A stretch of 32,000 nucleotides of DNA, from assembly GCA_934500865.1 (NCBI GenBank), contig CAKSUD010000009.1:1966-33965 (forward strand). Direction: 5' to 3'. Within the stretch, counting starts at the first letter, position 1, and each line of letters begins with the position of its first letter. This stretch comes from an uncultured Clostridia bacterium (GTDB lineage Bacteria > Bacillota > Clostridia > TANB77 > RGIG9151). Position numbers and translations under genes: made by a program. Positions 20,213 through 30,162 of the stretch are shown piece by piece. A model generated the notes under the pieces. It saw only the letters and a program-made list of their open reading frames with translations, had not been told where the DNA came from and ran no database searches.

Positions 20213-21301
20213 ATGTTAGAAGAATTATTAAGCAAAGAAGTTAATGTGGTTAAAGAATTGATGGATACACATAAGTGTAGATTTATGGGAATTTTAAATA
20301 CTTATGACATTACTATTAAGGATAAGGGAAATTTTAAGTATCCAAAAGCAATATTAAATAAAGAGTATGGAGGAGCTAGTGTACTTCCGATAGATAAAGA
20401 AGGTAATGTTTATTTAGAAATACAATATAGATTTCCGTTAAGAGAAACTATAATAGAGCTTCCGGCAGGAAGAAGTGAAACCGGAGAGACATTTTTTGAC
20501 TGTGCCAAAAGAGAATTAAGAGAAGAAACAGGTTGTACAACCGATAAAATTATCGAACAACCGGCAATATATGCCCAACCGGAATTTACTAACGAGAGAT
20601 TAGGCTCATTTGTGGCATTAGATTGTGAACAAACGGAAAAACAACACTTAGATGCAGACGAAACAGTTTGCGTTTTTAAACTACCATATGAAGGTGCAAT
20701 AGAACTGGTAAAAAATAATGTGATTAAAGATGAAAGAACAATCATTGCACTCGGGATAAGTAGATGTATCCAGGGTTTGCGGTTTGGTGCACTTGGTGAA
20801 AATATAGAAGAATTTACGAAGAAAGTAATAAATAGACTTAAAGATGAAGAAGAAAATCTAGAAGAAAAAGAGGTTGGAATTGATTACACTCTTCCATGTG
20901 AGTTTGGACTGGTAAGAGACCATATAGTAGTTGTCCCGGGAAATAAAAATTCAAGGCGTGAATGTTTTTATTTAAAATCAGGAAGTATTGTGCTTCCAAT
21001 TTCAAAAAATGGGAAATTAGGTTTTGGAGTTCGGTATATGCCGACAGTAGATAAAAATCTTGTACATTTACCGGAAAAATTAGAATTTAAAGAAACTGAT
21101 AATCTGTGTGAATTTGGGGAAATGATAACAGCAGTAGGTTATTCTAATGATAGACAAAATATGTTTTTGGTAAAGGATATGGAAGAAACAGAAGAGTTTG
21201 AGTGGCTTACAGTAAACGAGACTCTTGATTATATAAAAAACGGGAAGATTGAAGACGGCAGAGTGTTAGCAATCGTACTGAAGTATTTGATGAGCATGTA
21301 G
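20213..21301 (+). CDS. Nudix hydrolase (ADP-ribose pyrophosphatase-like) fused to a second, degenerate Nudix-like half
   Basis: Nudix box GRSETGETFFDCAKRELREETGC in the N-terminal half. The C-terminal ~150 aa have no Nudix box. Confidence 0.75.
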   Translation: MLEELLSKEVNVVKELMDTHKCRFMGILNTYDITIKDKGNFKYPKAILNKEYGGASVLPIDKEGNVYLEIQYRFPLRETIIELPAGRSETGETFFDCAKRELREETGCTTDKIIEQPAIYAQPEFTNERLGSFVALDCEQTEKQHLDADETVCVFKLPYEGAIELVKNNVIKDERTIIALGISRCIQGLRFGALGENIEEFTKKVINRLKDEEENLEEKEVGIDYTLPCEFGLVRDHIVVVPGNKNSRRECFYLKSGSIVLPISKNGKLGFGVRYMPTVDKNLVHLPEKLEFKETDNLCEFGEMITAVGYSNDRQNMFLVKDMEETEEFEWLTVNETLDYIKNGKIEDGRVLAIVLKYLMSM

Positions 21302-21307
21302 GGAAAT

Positions 21308-21356
21308 AAGAGCTATGTTGTGGAATATTTGTGGGGCACAACATAGCTCTTTTTTG
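21308..21356 (+). terminator. Rho-independent terminator
   Basis: Perfect 15-bp stem AAGAGCUAUGUUGUG / CACAACAUAGCUCUU followed by T6. Confidence 0.85.
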
Positions 21357-21436
21357 TTTAAAAAGTTTTGCGTTAGTATTGTCGAAATATGTTACTTTTT
21401 GTAAACTTTTAGATTTAAATACTTTATCAAACGGTG

Positions 21437-21465
21437 TTGACTAATGACGAATTATGAATTAAAAT
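21437..21465 (+). promoter_or_regulatory. Candidate SigA promoter for the mini-ORF, with a 0A-box-like heptamer in the spacer
   Basis: TTGACT (21437-21442), 17-nt spacer, TAAAAT (21460-21465). TGACGAA at 21445-21451. A second TGTCGAA at 21380-21386. Confidence 0.4.
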
Positions 21466-21519
21466 GAAATAAAGATGGGACCGGAGAAAGAAGAAAAAAT
21501 TATAAAGGAGGACGATGAA

Positions 21520-21777
21520 ATGGGGAACCTAGCTCGAATAGGAAGAGAAATTTTTAATGATGGATTATGCCAAGGGCGAAAAGAGGGGGAAGTTCAAGGA
21601 AAAATAGAAGCTAAAATATCTCTAATTCAAAAAATTTTATCTAAAAAGTTAAATTCTTTCCCCCCACAACAAATTTTAATAAAATTAAATGTGGCATCCA
21701 TTGAAAAGCTAGAAGAAATCGAAGATAAATTATTTGATATAGAATCGTGGAATGAAGTAAAAAACATTTTGGAATAA
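21520..21777 (+). CDS. Stand-alone DUF4351-like mini-protein (resembles the C-terminal module of Rpn/YhgA-type PD-(D/E)XK nucleases or putative transposases)
   Basis: 85 aa from ATG 21520 (AAGGAGG 8 nt upstream). The track start 21475 lacks an SD. GRKEGEVQGKIEAKISLIQKILSKKLNSFPPQQILIKLNVASIEKLEEIEDKLFDIESWNEV matches my memory of the DUF4351 pattern. No nuclease domain lies upstream. Confidence 0.45.
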   Translation: MGNLARIGREIFNDGLCQGRKEGEVQGKIEAKISLIQKILSKKLNSFPPQQILIKLNVASIEKLEEIEDKLFDIESWNEVKNILE

Positions 21778-21798
21778 AATGTAAAATTGTAACTTTGC

Positions 21799-21827
21799 TT
21801 GACAAGTTATTCCTTATAATATATTAT
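21799..21827 (+). promoter_or_regulatory. SigA-type promoter of the pheST leader
   Basis: TTGACA (21799-21804), 17-nt spacer, TATTAT (21822-21827). Confidence 0.55.
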
Positions 21828-21833
21828 TAAATA

Positions 21834-22066
21834 AATGCGTTGACGAAGAGAGTAGGTATAATTTTATGTATAGAGAGCTGATGAAGATGGAAATTCGGCA
21901 GATAAATTATATTGAAGTTCGCTTCACGAGCAGCAAGGGTGATATGTAGTTCTTGTCGTATTCCTACGTTATAAGGATTAAAAGTGAGTAAAGATATTTA
22001 CTAAGTGGGATGGTACCGCGGAAGATATAGGCTTTCGTTCCTTTGTGGAACGAAAGTCTTTTTTTG
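21834..22066 (+). promoter_or_regulatory. T-box riboswitch leader, Phe specifier (UUC)
   Basis: GA/AGUA-type stem I elements (GACGAAGAGAGUAGG). Candidate specifier UUC at 21894-21896 (GGAAAUUCGGCAG). Conserved T-box sequence AAGUGGGAUGGUACCGCGG at 22003-22021. Terminator CUUUCGUUCC-uuugu-GGAACGAAAG plus U-run at 22032-22066. Lies directly upstream of pheS. Confidence 0.9.
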
Positions 22067-22106
22067 TTTCACGCGAAACATATACCAAAAGTAAGGAGGA
22101 TATAAA

Positions 22107-23126
22107 ATGCTGAAAGACACATTATTACAAATGAAAGAGGAAGTAATAGAAAAAATTAATACTGCAAAAAGTGTTGATATTGTTGAACAATTAAGAGTTG
22201 AGTTTTTGGGGAAAAAGGGTAAAATAACGGATATCCTTAAGGGATTAAAAGATTTATCTGTTGAAGAAAAAAAAGAAATCGGAAAGCTTGCTAATGACGT
22301 AAAATCAGAGCTTGAGTCAAAAATTGAAAAGGCAGTTGAAATTATAAGTGAGAGAGAAATAGAAGAAAAGCTGTCAAAAGAAAATTTTGATATCACATTC
22401 CCTGGAAAAGAAATTGAAAAAGGAAGTTTGCATCCTATAACTATTGTTCAAAAAAGAGCAGAAGAGATTTTTAAGGGAATGGGCTTTATGATTGCCGATG
22501 GACCTGAAATTGAAACTGACTATTTTAACTTTGAGGTTTTAAATATTCCTAAAGATCATCCGGCAAGAGATATGCAAGATACTTATTATTTAAACACAGG
22601 TAATGTTTTAAGAACACAAACATCTGCATGTCAAGGAAGGTTTATGCAAAAGGTAAAACCACCATTTAGAATGATCGCGCCTGGAAGATGCTTTAGAAAT
22701 GAAGCAATGGACGCAAGTCATGAAAATACATTCTTCCAATTAGAAGGAATGATGGTTGATAAAGATTTATCTATAGCCAACTTGGTATATATAATGAAAA
22801 CTTTGCTTACCGAAATCTTAGAAAGAGATGTTGAGGTAAGATTAAGACCTGGCTTCTTCCCGTTTGTAGAACCTGGATTTGAATTAGATATAAACTGTCA
22901 AATTTGTGGTGGAAAAGGGTGCCCAACTTGTAAACATGCAGGGTGGATAGAATTACTTCCTTGTGGAATGGTTCACCCAAATGTATTAAGAGCCGGTGGA
23001 ATTGATCCGGAAGAATACAAAGGCTTTGCTTTTGGTGTAGGATTAACAAGACTTGCTATGATGAAATATGGCATTAAAGATATAAGAGAATTAAACAGCG
23101 GCGATTTAAGATTTTTAAGAAAGTAG
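22107..23126 (+). CDS. pheS: Phenylalanine--tRNA ligase alpha subunit
   Basis: 339 aa. Class II motifs (HPARDMQDTYY, FRMIAPGRCFRNE, GFAFGVGLTRLAM). Confidence 0.97.
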   Translation: MLKDTLLQMKEEVIEKINTAKSVDIVEQLRVEFLGKKGKITDILKGLKDLSVEEKKEIGKLANDVKSELESKIEKAVEIISEREIEEKLSKENFDITFPGKEIEKGSLHPITIVQKRAEEIFKGMGFMIADGPEIETDYFNFEVLNIPKDHPARDMQDTYYLNTGNVLRTQTSACQGRFMQKVKPPFRMIAPGRCFRNEAMDASHENTFFQLEGMMVDKDLSIANLVYIMKTLLTEILERDVEVRLRPGFFPFVEPGFELDINCQICGGKGCPTCKHAGWIELLPCGMVHPNVLRAGGIDPEEYKGFAFGVGLTRLAMMKYGIKDIRELNSGDLRFLRK

Positions 23127-23134
23127 GGATATAG

Positions 23135-25501
23135 ATGAAAATTTCAATGAATTGGATAAATGACTATGTAGATATTTCAGGATTGGATATGAATGAATTA
23201 GCACACAGTTTTACTATGTCAACGGCAGAAATAGAAGAAGTTGAATTTGTTGGAAGAGATATAGAAAATGTCGTTGCAGGTAAGATTTTAACTTGTGAAT
23301 CAATTCCTGAATCTAAAAAACTTCATAAGCTTACTGTTGATACAGGCGATGGTGTGGTTCAATGTATGTGCGGAGCACCAAATGCAAGAGAGGGAATTAT
23401 AGTTCCATTTGCAAAGATTGGCGGCAAGGTTGCCGGTATGGAAATAGGACAAGCAAAACTTGCAGGTTATGACAGTTTTGGAATGTGCTGCTCAGGAAAA
23501 GAATTAGGAATAAGTGATGACCATTCCGGCCTTATGATTTTAGATGAAAATACAAAGGTAGGAACGGACATAAAAGAAATTCTTCCGATAGAAGATGTTA
23601 TTTGGGAAGTAGATAATAAGTCTATTACAAATAGACCTGATTTATGGGGACATTATGGAATAGCAAGAGAAATTGCTGCTATTACAGGAAGAGAATTAAG
23701 AAAAATGCCGGTAGCAGATTTAAGTAAGTATAATGACTTACCTAAAATTCCTGTAGAAATACAAGATGATAGATGTACAAGATATGCTTGTATGGTGTTT
23801 GATAATGTAACGCGTCCTTGCTCAACATATGAAATGCAAGTTAGACTTTTCTATTGTGGAATGAGAGCAATAAGCTTTTTGGTAGACTTAACAAACTATA
23901 TAATGCTTGATGTTGGACAACCTATGCATGCATTTGAAAGAGAAGGAATAGAAAAAATAGTGGTTCGTGCAAGTAGAGGCGAAAAGTTTACTACACTAGA
24001 TGATATTGAAAGAGAAGTTGGAAGTGAAACGTTATTCATATGTAATAACGATGAACCAATTGCATTAGCCGGAATTATGGGCGGAAGAGATTCAGAAGTA
24101 ACAGAAAAAACAAAGTCTATTATTTTGGAATCAGCAAACTTCGATGCCGGAACAATAAGAAGAAATGCTGCAAAACTTGGTATGAGAACAGAAGCTAGCG
24201 CAAGATATGAAAAGACATTAGATAGTCAATATGTAATTGATGCATTAGAAAGATTTGTTTATTTACTTACAAGAGATGACAAAAATGCTTCTGTTACAGG
24301 CGGACTTACAGATACTATAAGAAAGCCTCAAAAAGAAGTAGAAATAAAAATAACAAAGAGTTATATTGACGGATATATCGGACAAGAACTGCCACTTGAA
24401 AAAATGGTAAGCATCCTAGAATCATTAAAGTTTGGCGTAAAAGTAGATGGGGAGGAGCTAACAATAAAAGTTCCTACATTTAGAGCTTCAAAAGATATTA
24501 GTATAAAGGCTGATATTGTGGAAGAGGTGGCAAGAATTTATGGATTTGACAATATTACTCCTATGCCTACAAAAGTTCCGCTTTCTGCATTGGTTGTAAA
24601 TAAAGAAAGAGAAACAGAACATGAAATAAAGAAAATTTTAGCTTATTCATTTGGCTTGTCAGAAGTTCAAAGTTATTTATGGTATGACAATAAATTTAAT
24701 GTTGAGGCCGGAATTGGTAATTTAGAGGGGATAAAATTACTTAGCCCAAGTGCACCGGAACTTGCTGATATAAGACAAGAAATGGCACCTACACTATTAA
24801 AGTTTGCAAACGAAAACAGAAAGAATTTTAGCGAGTTCGGAATTTTCGATATTGGTAGTGTTGCACCAATAAAGAATGGCGAATTTAAAGAAAATAAGCA
24901 ACTTGGAATTTTGATTGCAAGTAAAAAAGAGAGTGAAAATGATTTATTTTACAAAGCAAAGGGTATAGTAAATAATATATTAAAGATAACAAAAAATGTT
25001 GAATTATCATATAAAGTTAGTGAAGAGAAGAAAAATTGGATGAATCCTGTAAAAACAGCAAAGATTATGTATGAGAATACAGACCTTGGCTATATAACAG
25101 TACTTCATCCAAAGATAAAGAACAACATAGATAAAAAGCTAAACATTGTTATTGTAGAAATTAATTTATTTAAATTATATGCAATTAATGAAGTTGAGCC
25201 AAAATATGAAGCAGTTTCAAAATATCCTGAAGTAAGTTTTGACTTGAGTTTACTTGTAGATAGCAATAAGGATTTTGAGAGTGTGGAAAAAGATTTAAAT
25301 AATTTTGAAAGTCCTATTATAGTTAAAACAAAATTTGTCGATTTATATACTGGAGTGGGATTGCCAGAAAACAAGAAGAGTATGACGTTTACCTTCGTAT
25401 GGTGTGCGCAAGACCACACGTTGGCGGGTGAAGAAGTAGAAGCAGAAAAAGTAAAATTATTAGATTATTTAAGTAGCAAAGGATATACCAGTAGATATTA
25501 A
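23135..25501 (+). CDS. pheT: Phenylalanine--tRNA ligase beta subunit
   Basis: 788 aa. N-terminal tRNA-binding (OB) domain, B3/4 and B5 domains, C-terminal FDX-ACB-like domain. Immediately follows pheS. Confidence 0.97.
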   Translation: MKISMNWINDYVDISGLDMNELAHSFTMSTAEIEEVEFVGRDIENVVAGKILTCESIPESKKLHKLTVDTGDGVVQCMCGAPNAREGIIVPFAKIGGKVAGMEIGQAKLAGYDSFGMCCSGKELGISDDHSGLMILDENTKVGTDIKEILPIEDVIWEVDNKSITNRPDLWGHYGIAREIAAITGRELRKMPVADLSKYNDLPKIPVEIQDDRCTRYACMVFDNVTRPCSTYEMQVRLFYCGMRAISFLVDLTNYIMLDVGQPMHAFEREGIEKIVVRASRGEKFTTLDDIEREVGSETLFICNNDEPIALAGIMGGRDSEVTEKTKSIILESANFDAGTIRRNAAKLGMRTEASARYEKTLDSQYVIDALERFVYLLTRDDKNASVTGGLTDTIRKPQKEVEIKITKSYIDGYIGQELPLEKMVSILESLKFGVKVDGEELTIKVPTFRASKDISIKADIVEEVARIYGFDNITPMPTKVPLSALVVNKERETEHEIKKILAYSFGLSEVQSYLWYDNKFNVEAGIGNLEGIKLLSPSAPELADIRQEMAPTLLKFANENRKNFSEFGIFDIGSVAPIKNGEFKENKQLGILIASKKESENDLFYKAKGIVNNILKITKNVELSYKVSEEKKNWMNPVKTAKIMYENTDLGYITVLHPKIKNNIDKKLNIVIVEINLFKLYAINEVEPKYEAVSKYPEVSFDLSLLVDSNKDFESVEKDLNNFESPIIVKTKFVDLYTGVGLPENKKSMTFTFVWCAQDHTLAGEEVEAEKVKLLDYLSSKGYTSRY

Positions 25502-25531
25502 TCCACCTGATGAAGATGGGAGAGATTTAAT

Positions 25532-26860
25532 ATGGGAATATCTATCAATACGGAATATGTGGAGGATTTTATAAGCAAGATACAATTAGCTTCATTAAAA
25601 AAGAAAGTAGAATCTTGTCATGAAATGCTTCATAATAAGACGGGTGAAGGAGCTGATTTTACAGGTTGGGTTGATTTACCTGTAAATTACGATAAAGAAG
25701 AATTTGAGAGAATAAAAGTTGCGGCAGATAAGATAAGAAGGCAAGCTGATGTCCTTATAGTTATAGGAATAGGTGGTTCTTATTTAGGAGCAAAGTCTGT
25801 TATAGAAATGTTTAAAGATCCATTTAGAAGAACAACAAAAACAGAAGTTATTTTCTTAGGACAAAATATAAGTGCTGAGTATATGAGTTCTTTATTACAT
25901 TATATAGTAGATAAAGACGTGGCAGTGAATGTTATATCAAAATCTGGTACAACTACTGAACCGGCAATTGCTTTTAGAATTATAAAAGATTTTATGGAAC
26001 GTAAGTATGGAAAAGAATATGCGAAAACAAGAATATATGTGACAACAGATAAAGAAAAAGGTGCAATGAGATTACTTGCAAGTACAGAAGGATATGAAAC
26101 TTTTGTAATTCCAGATGATATTGGTGGAAGATATTCAGTTTTAACGCCTGTTGGATTACTTCCGATAGCAGTAGCAGAAATTGATATTGATGCCTTAATG
26201 GAAGGCGCTGCTCTAGCTCGTGAGAAGTATTCCGTAAAGGAAGATAATGATTGCTATAAATATGCTGTGTATAGAAATGCTTTATATAAAATAGGTAAGA
26301 AGATAGAAATTTTAGTTAACTATGAACCGTGTATGCACTATTTTACAGAATGGTGGAAACAATTATACGGTGAAAGTGAAGGAAAAGACAAAAAAGGAAT
26401 ATTCCCGGCGGGCGTGGATTTTACAACTGATTTACACTCAATGGGTCAATATATTCAAGATGGACGGAGAGATTTATTCGAAACAGTAATAAAAATTAAC
26501 AAACAAAGAAGCGACATTGTAGTAAAAGAAGACCCAATGGATTTAGACGGTCTAAATTACCTTGCCGGAAAAAGTATGAATGAAATTAATGAAAAAGCAT
26601 TGGTTGGAACCGTTATCGCACATTATGACGGAAATGCACCTAGTATTATTTTAGGAATAGACGAAATAAATGAAAGAAATATTGGAGAATTAATATACTT
26701 TTTTGAAAAAGCGTGTGGAATAAGTGGATATCTTCTAGGAGTTAATCCATTTAATCAACCGGGAGTAGAGGAATATAAGAAAAATATGTTTGCTTTGCTT
26801 GGAAAACCGGGTTATGAGGAGAAACAAAAAGAAATAATGTCAAAAATGCAAATAAAGTAA
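25532..26860 (+). CDS. pgi: Glucose-6-phosphate isomerase (short Firmicutes type)
   Basis: 442 aa. [26 protein letters not shown] and QLYGESEGK motifs. Confidence 0.95.
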   Translation: MGISINTEYVEDFISKIQLASLKKKVESCHEMLHNKTGEGADFTGWVDLPVNYDKEEFERIKVAADKIRRQADVLIVIGIGGSYLGAKSVIEMFKDPFRRTTKTEVIFLGQNISAEYMSSLLHYIVDKDVAVNVISKSGTTTEPAIAFRIIKDFMERKYGKEYAKTRIYVTTDKEKGAMRLLASTEGYETFVIPDDIGGRYSVLTPVGLLPIAVAEIDIDALMEGAALAREKYSVKEDNDCYKYAVYRNALYKIGKKIEILVNYEPCMHYFTEWWKQLYGESEGKDKKGIFPAGVDFTTDLHSMGQYIQDGRRDLFETVIKINKQRSDIVVKEDPMDLDGLNYLAGKSMNEINEKALVGTVIAHYDGNAPSIILGIDEINERNIGELIYFFEKACGISGYLLGVNPFNQPGVEEYKKNMFALLGKPGYEEKQKEIMSKMQIK

Positions 26861-26903
26861 AAAATATGCAATTACAAAATTTGATAGAAATCCAAATTAT
26901 ATT

Positions 26904-26920
26904 TGTCGAATATTGACGAA
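26904..26920. promoter_or_regulatory. Two tandem Spo0A-box-like heptamers upstream of spo0A
   Basis: TGTCGAA (26904-26910) and TGACGAA (26914-26920), same orientation, 10 bp centre to centre. Both match the 0A-box consensus TGNCGAA. Confidence 0.45.
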
Positions 26921-26969
26921 ATAACAATATAAACAGTATAAAAATGCGTAAAATTAACTTCTTTTTCTG

Positions 26970-26998
26970 TTGAAAACTAAAATGTATGAGAATATAAT
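26970..26998 (+). promoter_or_regulatory. SigA-type promoter upstream of spo0A
   Basis: TTGAAA (26970-26975), 17-nt spacer, TATAAT (26993-26998). Confidence 0.6.
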
Positions 26999-27066
26999 GA
27001 ACTTCGTTGGTGCCAAAATTAGATATAAAGCTTATTTTAATAAACAAATGAAAAGGGGGAGAGGTA

Positions 27067-27876
27067 ATGAGAGTATTGATTTGTGATGATAATGTGAGCT
27101 TTACCAATTTAGTTAAGGACTTTATGTTATCACAATCAGATTTTGAAGAAATTGAATGCGCGTATAGTGGGAAAGAAGCAGTAGATAAGATTTTAAGCTG
27201 GAAGCCTGACATGGTGTTATTAGATTTGATAATGCCTGAATTAGATGGCTTAGGTGTACTTGAAAAAGTGACTGCAAGTAATATGGATAGAATGCCAATT
27301 GTTATTTTACAATCAGCAATATCTCAAGAATTTGTTGTAAAGGAAGCTTTAGAACTTGGCGCGTACTGTTTTATTCTAAAACCATACGATTTGAATTTCT
27401 TAATAGACCGAATGAGAAATGCTTATGCAGATGAAAACGGAATAGTATCTGCACCGGCATATACGGTAAAAGAAATTCCGTATATAAATGCTCCAAAGAC
27501 AAATACAAGGTTAGATGCAGAAATTGAAGTTACAAACTTAATGCATAAAGTTGGTATACCTGCAAATATAAGTGGGCATCAATATTTAAGAGAAGCAATT
27601 TTGATGGTTATTGAGGATAGAGGGCTAATTACAGGAATAACAAAAGAATTATATCCAAGCGTTGCTAAGAAACATCAAACAACTGCTGCAAAAGTTGAGA
27701 GAGCAATACGTCATGCAATTGAGGTGTCTTGGGGAAGAGGCAGACTAGATTTACTAGAAAAGACTTTTGGGTATACAATAAATCCTGAGCGTGGCAAACC
27801 AACAAATAGTGAATTTATAGCAATGGTAGCTGATAAAATCAGAATGGAATTAAGGATACCTACCAATGTAAAATAA
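27067..27876 (+). CDS. spo0A: Sporulation master regulator Spo0A
   Basis: REC domain ([20 protein letters not shown]). Diagnostic Spo0A C-terminal DNA-binding domain ([70 protein letters not shown]). Confidence 0.97.
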   Translation: MRVLICDDNVSFTNLVKDFMLSQSDFEEIECAYSGKEAVDKILSWKPDMVLLDLIMPELDGLGVLEKVTASNMDRMPIVILQSAISQEFVVKEALELGAYCFILKPYDLNFLIDRMRNAYADENGIVSAPAYTVKEIPYINAPKTNTRLDAEIEVTNLMHKVGIPANISGHQYLREAILMVIEDRGLITGITKELYPSVAKKHQTTAAKVERAIRHAIEVSWGRGRLDLLEKTFGYTINPERGKPTNSEFIAMVADKIRMELRIPTNVK

Positions 27877-27936
27877 TACCATACATATATTTTTACTATT
27901 TTACTTGAAAATGTTGTTGAAAAATGTTATAAAAGA

Positions 27937-27967
27937 AATAAGAATCTTAAAGGGTTCTTATTTTTTT
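27937..27967 (+). terminator. Rho-independent terminator after spo0A, 28 nt before the pyrG start
   Basis: AAUAAGAAUC-uuaaag-GGUUCUUAUU followed by a T-run. Confidence 0.8.
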
Positions 27968-27971
27968 GTAA

Positions 27972-29588
<1,617 letters not shown>

Positions 29589-29599
29589 ACAGGAAACTA

Positions 29600-29627
29600 T
29601 TGACAAAAATTAGAAAAATGTATAATA
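29600..29627 (+). promoter_or_regulatory. Candidate + strand promoter for a short (~80 nt) transcript ending at the 29675-29714 terminator
   Basis: TTGACA (29600-29605), then TGTATAAT (29619-29626), which reads as an extended -10 with a 15-16-nt spacer. Confidence 0.45.
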
Positions 29628-29644
29628 TAATTATATGACGATCC

Positions 29645-29667
29645 GATATATTTTTTCATAATGCATT
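29645..29667 (+). repeat. Direct-repeat copy A (inside the candidate short transcript)
   Basis: GATATATTTTTTCATAATGCATT. It shares a perfect 12-mer TCATAATGCATT and the flanking TATATTT with copy B at 29776-29800. Confidence 0.8.
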
Positions 29668-29674
29668 GGAGGAC

Positions 29675-29714
29675 AAAAAGAAATAGGGTGTGTGCGTACA
29701 CCCTATTTCTTTTT
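29675..29714. terminator. Bidirectional rho-independent terminator
   Basis: Perfect ~17-bp stem AAAAAGAAAUAGGGUGU / ACACCCUAUUUCUUUUU, flanked by an A-run on the left and a T-run on the right. It can serve pyrG or the short + transcript, and the - strand peptide mRNA. Confidence 0.85.
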
Positions 29715-29720
29715 GCCGTA

Positions 29721-29792
29721 TTATGTAGCGGATGAAGTTAAAAGAATTAACATCAGCACTACCAATACGGCAACTCGACATATATTTGTCAT
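29721..29792 (-). CDS. 23-aa hydrophobic peptide (candidate type I toxin-like or small membrane protein)
   Basis: Minus strand ATG ACA AAT ATA TGT CGA GTT GCC GTA TTG GTA GTG CTG ATG TTA ATT CTT TTA ACT TCA TCC GCT ACA TAA gives MTNICRVAVLVVLMLILLTSSAT. GGGAGGG SD (complement of 29803-29809) lies 10 nt upstream. The stop is 6 nt from the terminator. It is below the ORF-track length cutoff. Confidence 0.45.
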   Translation of the reverse strand: MTNICRVAVLVVLMLILLTSSAT

Positions 29793-29800
29793 AATGCATT
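29776..29800 (+). repeat. Direct-repeat copy B (covers the start codon and first codons of the - strand peptide ORF)
   Basis: CGACATATATTTGTCATAATGCATT. It is the near-copy of 29645-29667. Confidence 0.8.
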
Positions 29801-29880
29801 ATCCCTCCCTTCTATAAATAGATTAGTCCGGGGGACAAACATATAATACAATAAATGTAAATCATTTATTTTCTAGGAAA

Positions 29881-29980
29881 GTTCGAGCTATGAACTAAAA
29901 TTTTAACTTAGCACAAAACTAGTCTAATTAAAATTTAGCTGATGAAATCAGCGTTAAAAATTTTAATTAGTAGCTCGAAC
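29881..29980. repeat. 100-bp imperfect inverted-repeat / long hairpin element
   Basis: Outer perfect 10-bp arms GTTCGAGCTA / TAGCTCGAAC. Inner arms CTAATTAAAATTT / AAATTTTAATTAG close the mini-hairpin GCTGAT-GAA-ATCAGC (29938-29952). A third related motif, CTAAAATTTTAACTTAG (29895-29911), could pair alternatively. Confidence 0.6.
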
Positions 29981-30006
29981 GACCGACAGAAAACAAAAGT
30001 GTTTGT

Positions 30007-30023
30007 CTAAATCTTTGATTTAG
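30007..30023. repeat. Perfect 7-3-7 palindrome
   Basis: CTAAATC ttt GATTTAG. Confidence 0.6.
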
Positions 30024-30064
30024 CAACAAACAGTTTCACAGAGTGCAAAAAGTTCATTGACGTT

Positions 30065-30081
30065 GTTGACCGAAGGTCAAC
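30065..30081. repeat. Perfect 7-3-7 palindrome
   Basis: GTTGACC gaa GGTCAAC. Confidence 0.6.
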
Positions 30082-30087
30082 ATAGCA

Positions 30088-30109
30088 TGGACTTTAGTCC
30101 ACTTTTTTT
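30088..30109 (+). terminator. Weak terminator-like hairpin plus U-run
   Basis: UGGAC-uuua-GUCCA followed by CUUUUUUU. The stem is only 5 bp. Confidence 0.3.
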
Positions 30110-30162
30110 ACAATTGAAAGATATCGTATTATTGCGACAAAGTTTGACAAAAATGTTACAAA

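Noticed and set aside
22001-22396. 131-aa - strand ORF overlapping the T-box terminator and the pheS 5' end
   Set aside because: It is antisense to a well-supported T-box leader and pheS. Its composition is low-complexity S/F/I-rich, and there are no initiation signals.
26751-27212. 153-aa - strand ORF spanning the pgi 3' end, the intergenic region and the spo0A 5' end
   Set aside because: It crosses a promoter region and two confidently identified + strand genes. This is a typical AT-rich shadow ORF.
29881-29980. The inverted-repeat element as an invertible (phase-variation) switch for the S-layer gene, or as a tRNA or MITE
   Set aside because: The perfect arms are only 10 bp, no recombinase gene is nearby, and the S-layer promoter lies 430 bp further downstream, outside the element. 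There is no cloverleaf or T-loop consensus, no target-site duplication and no second copy in the window. It is kept only as a structural observation.
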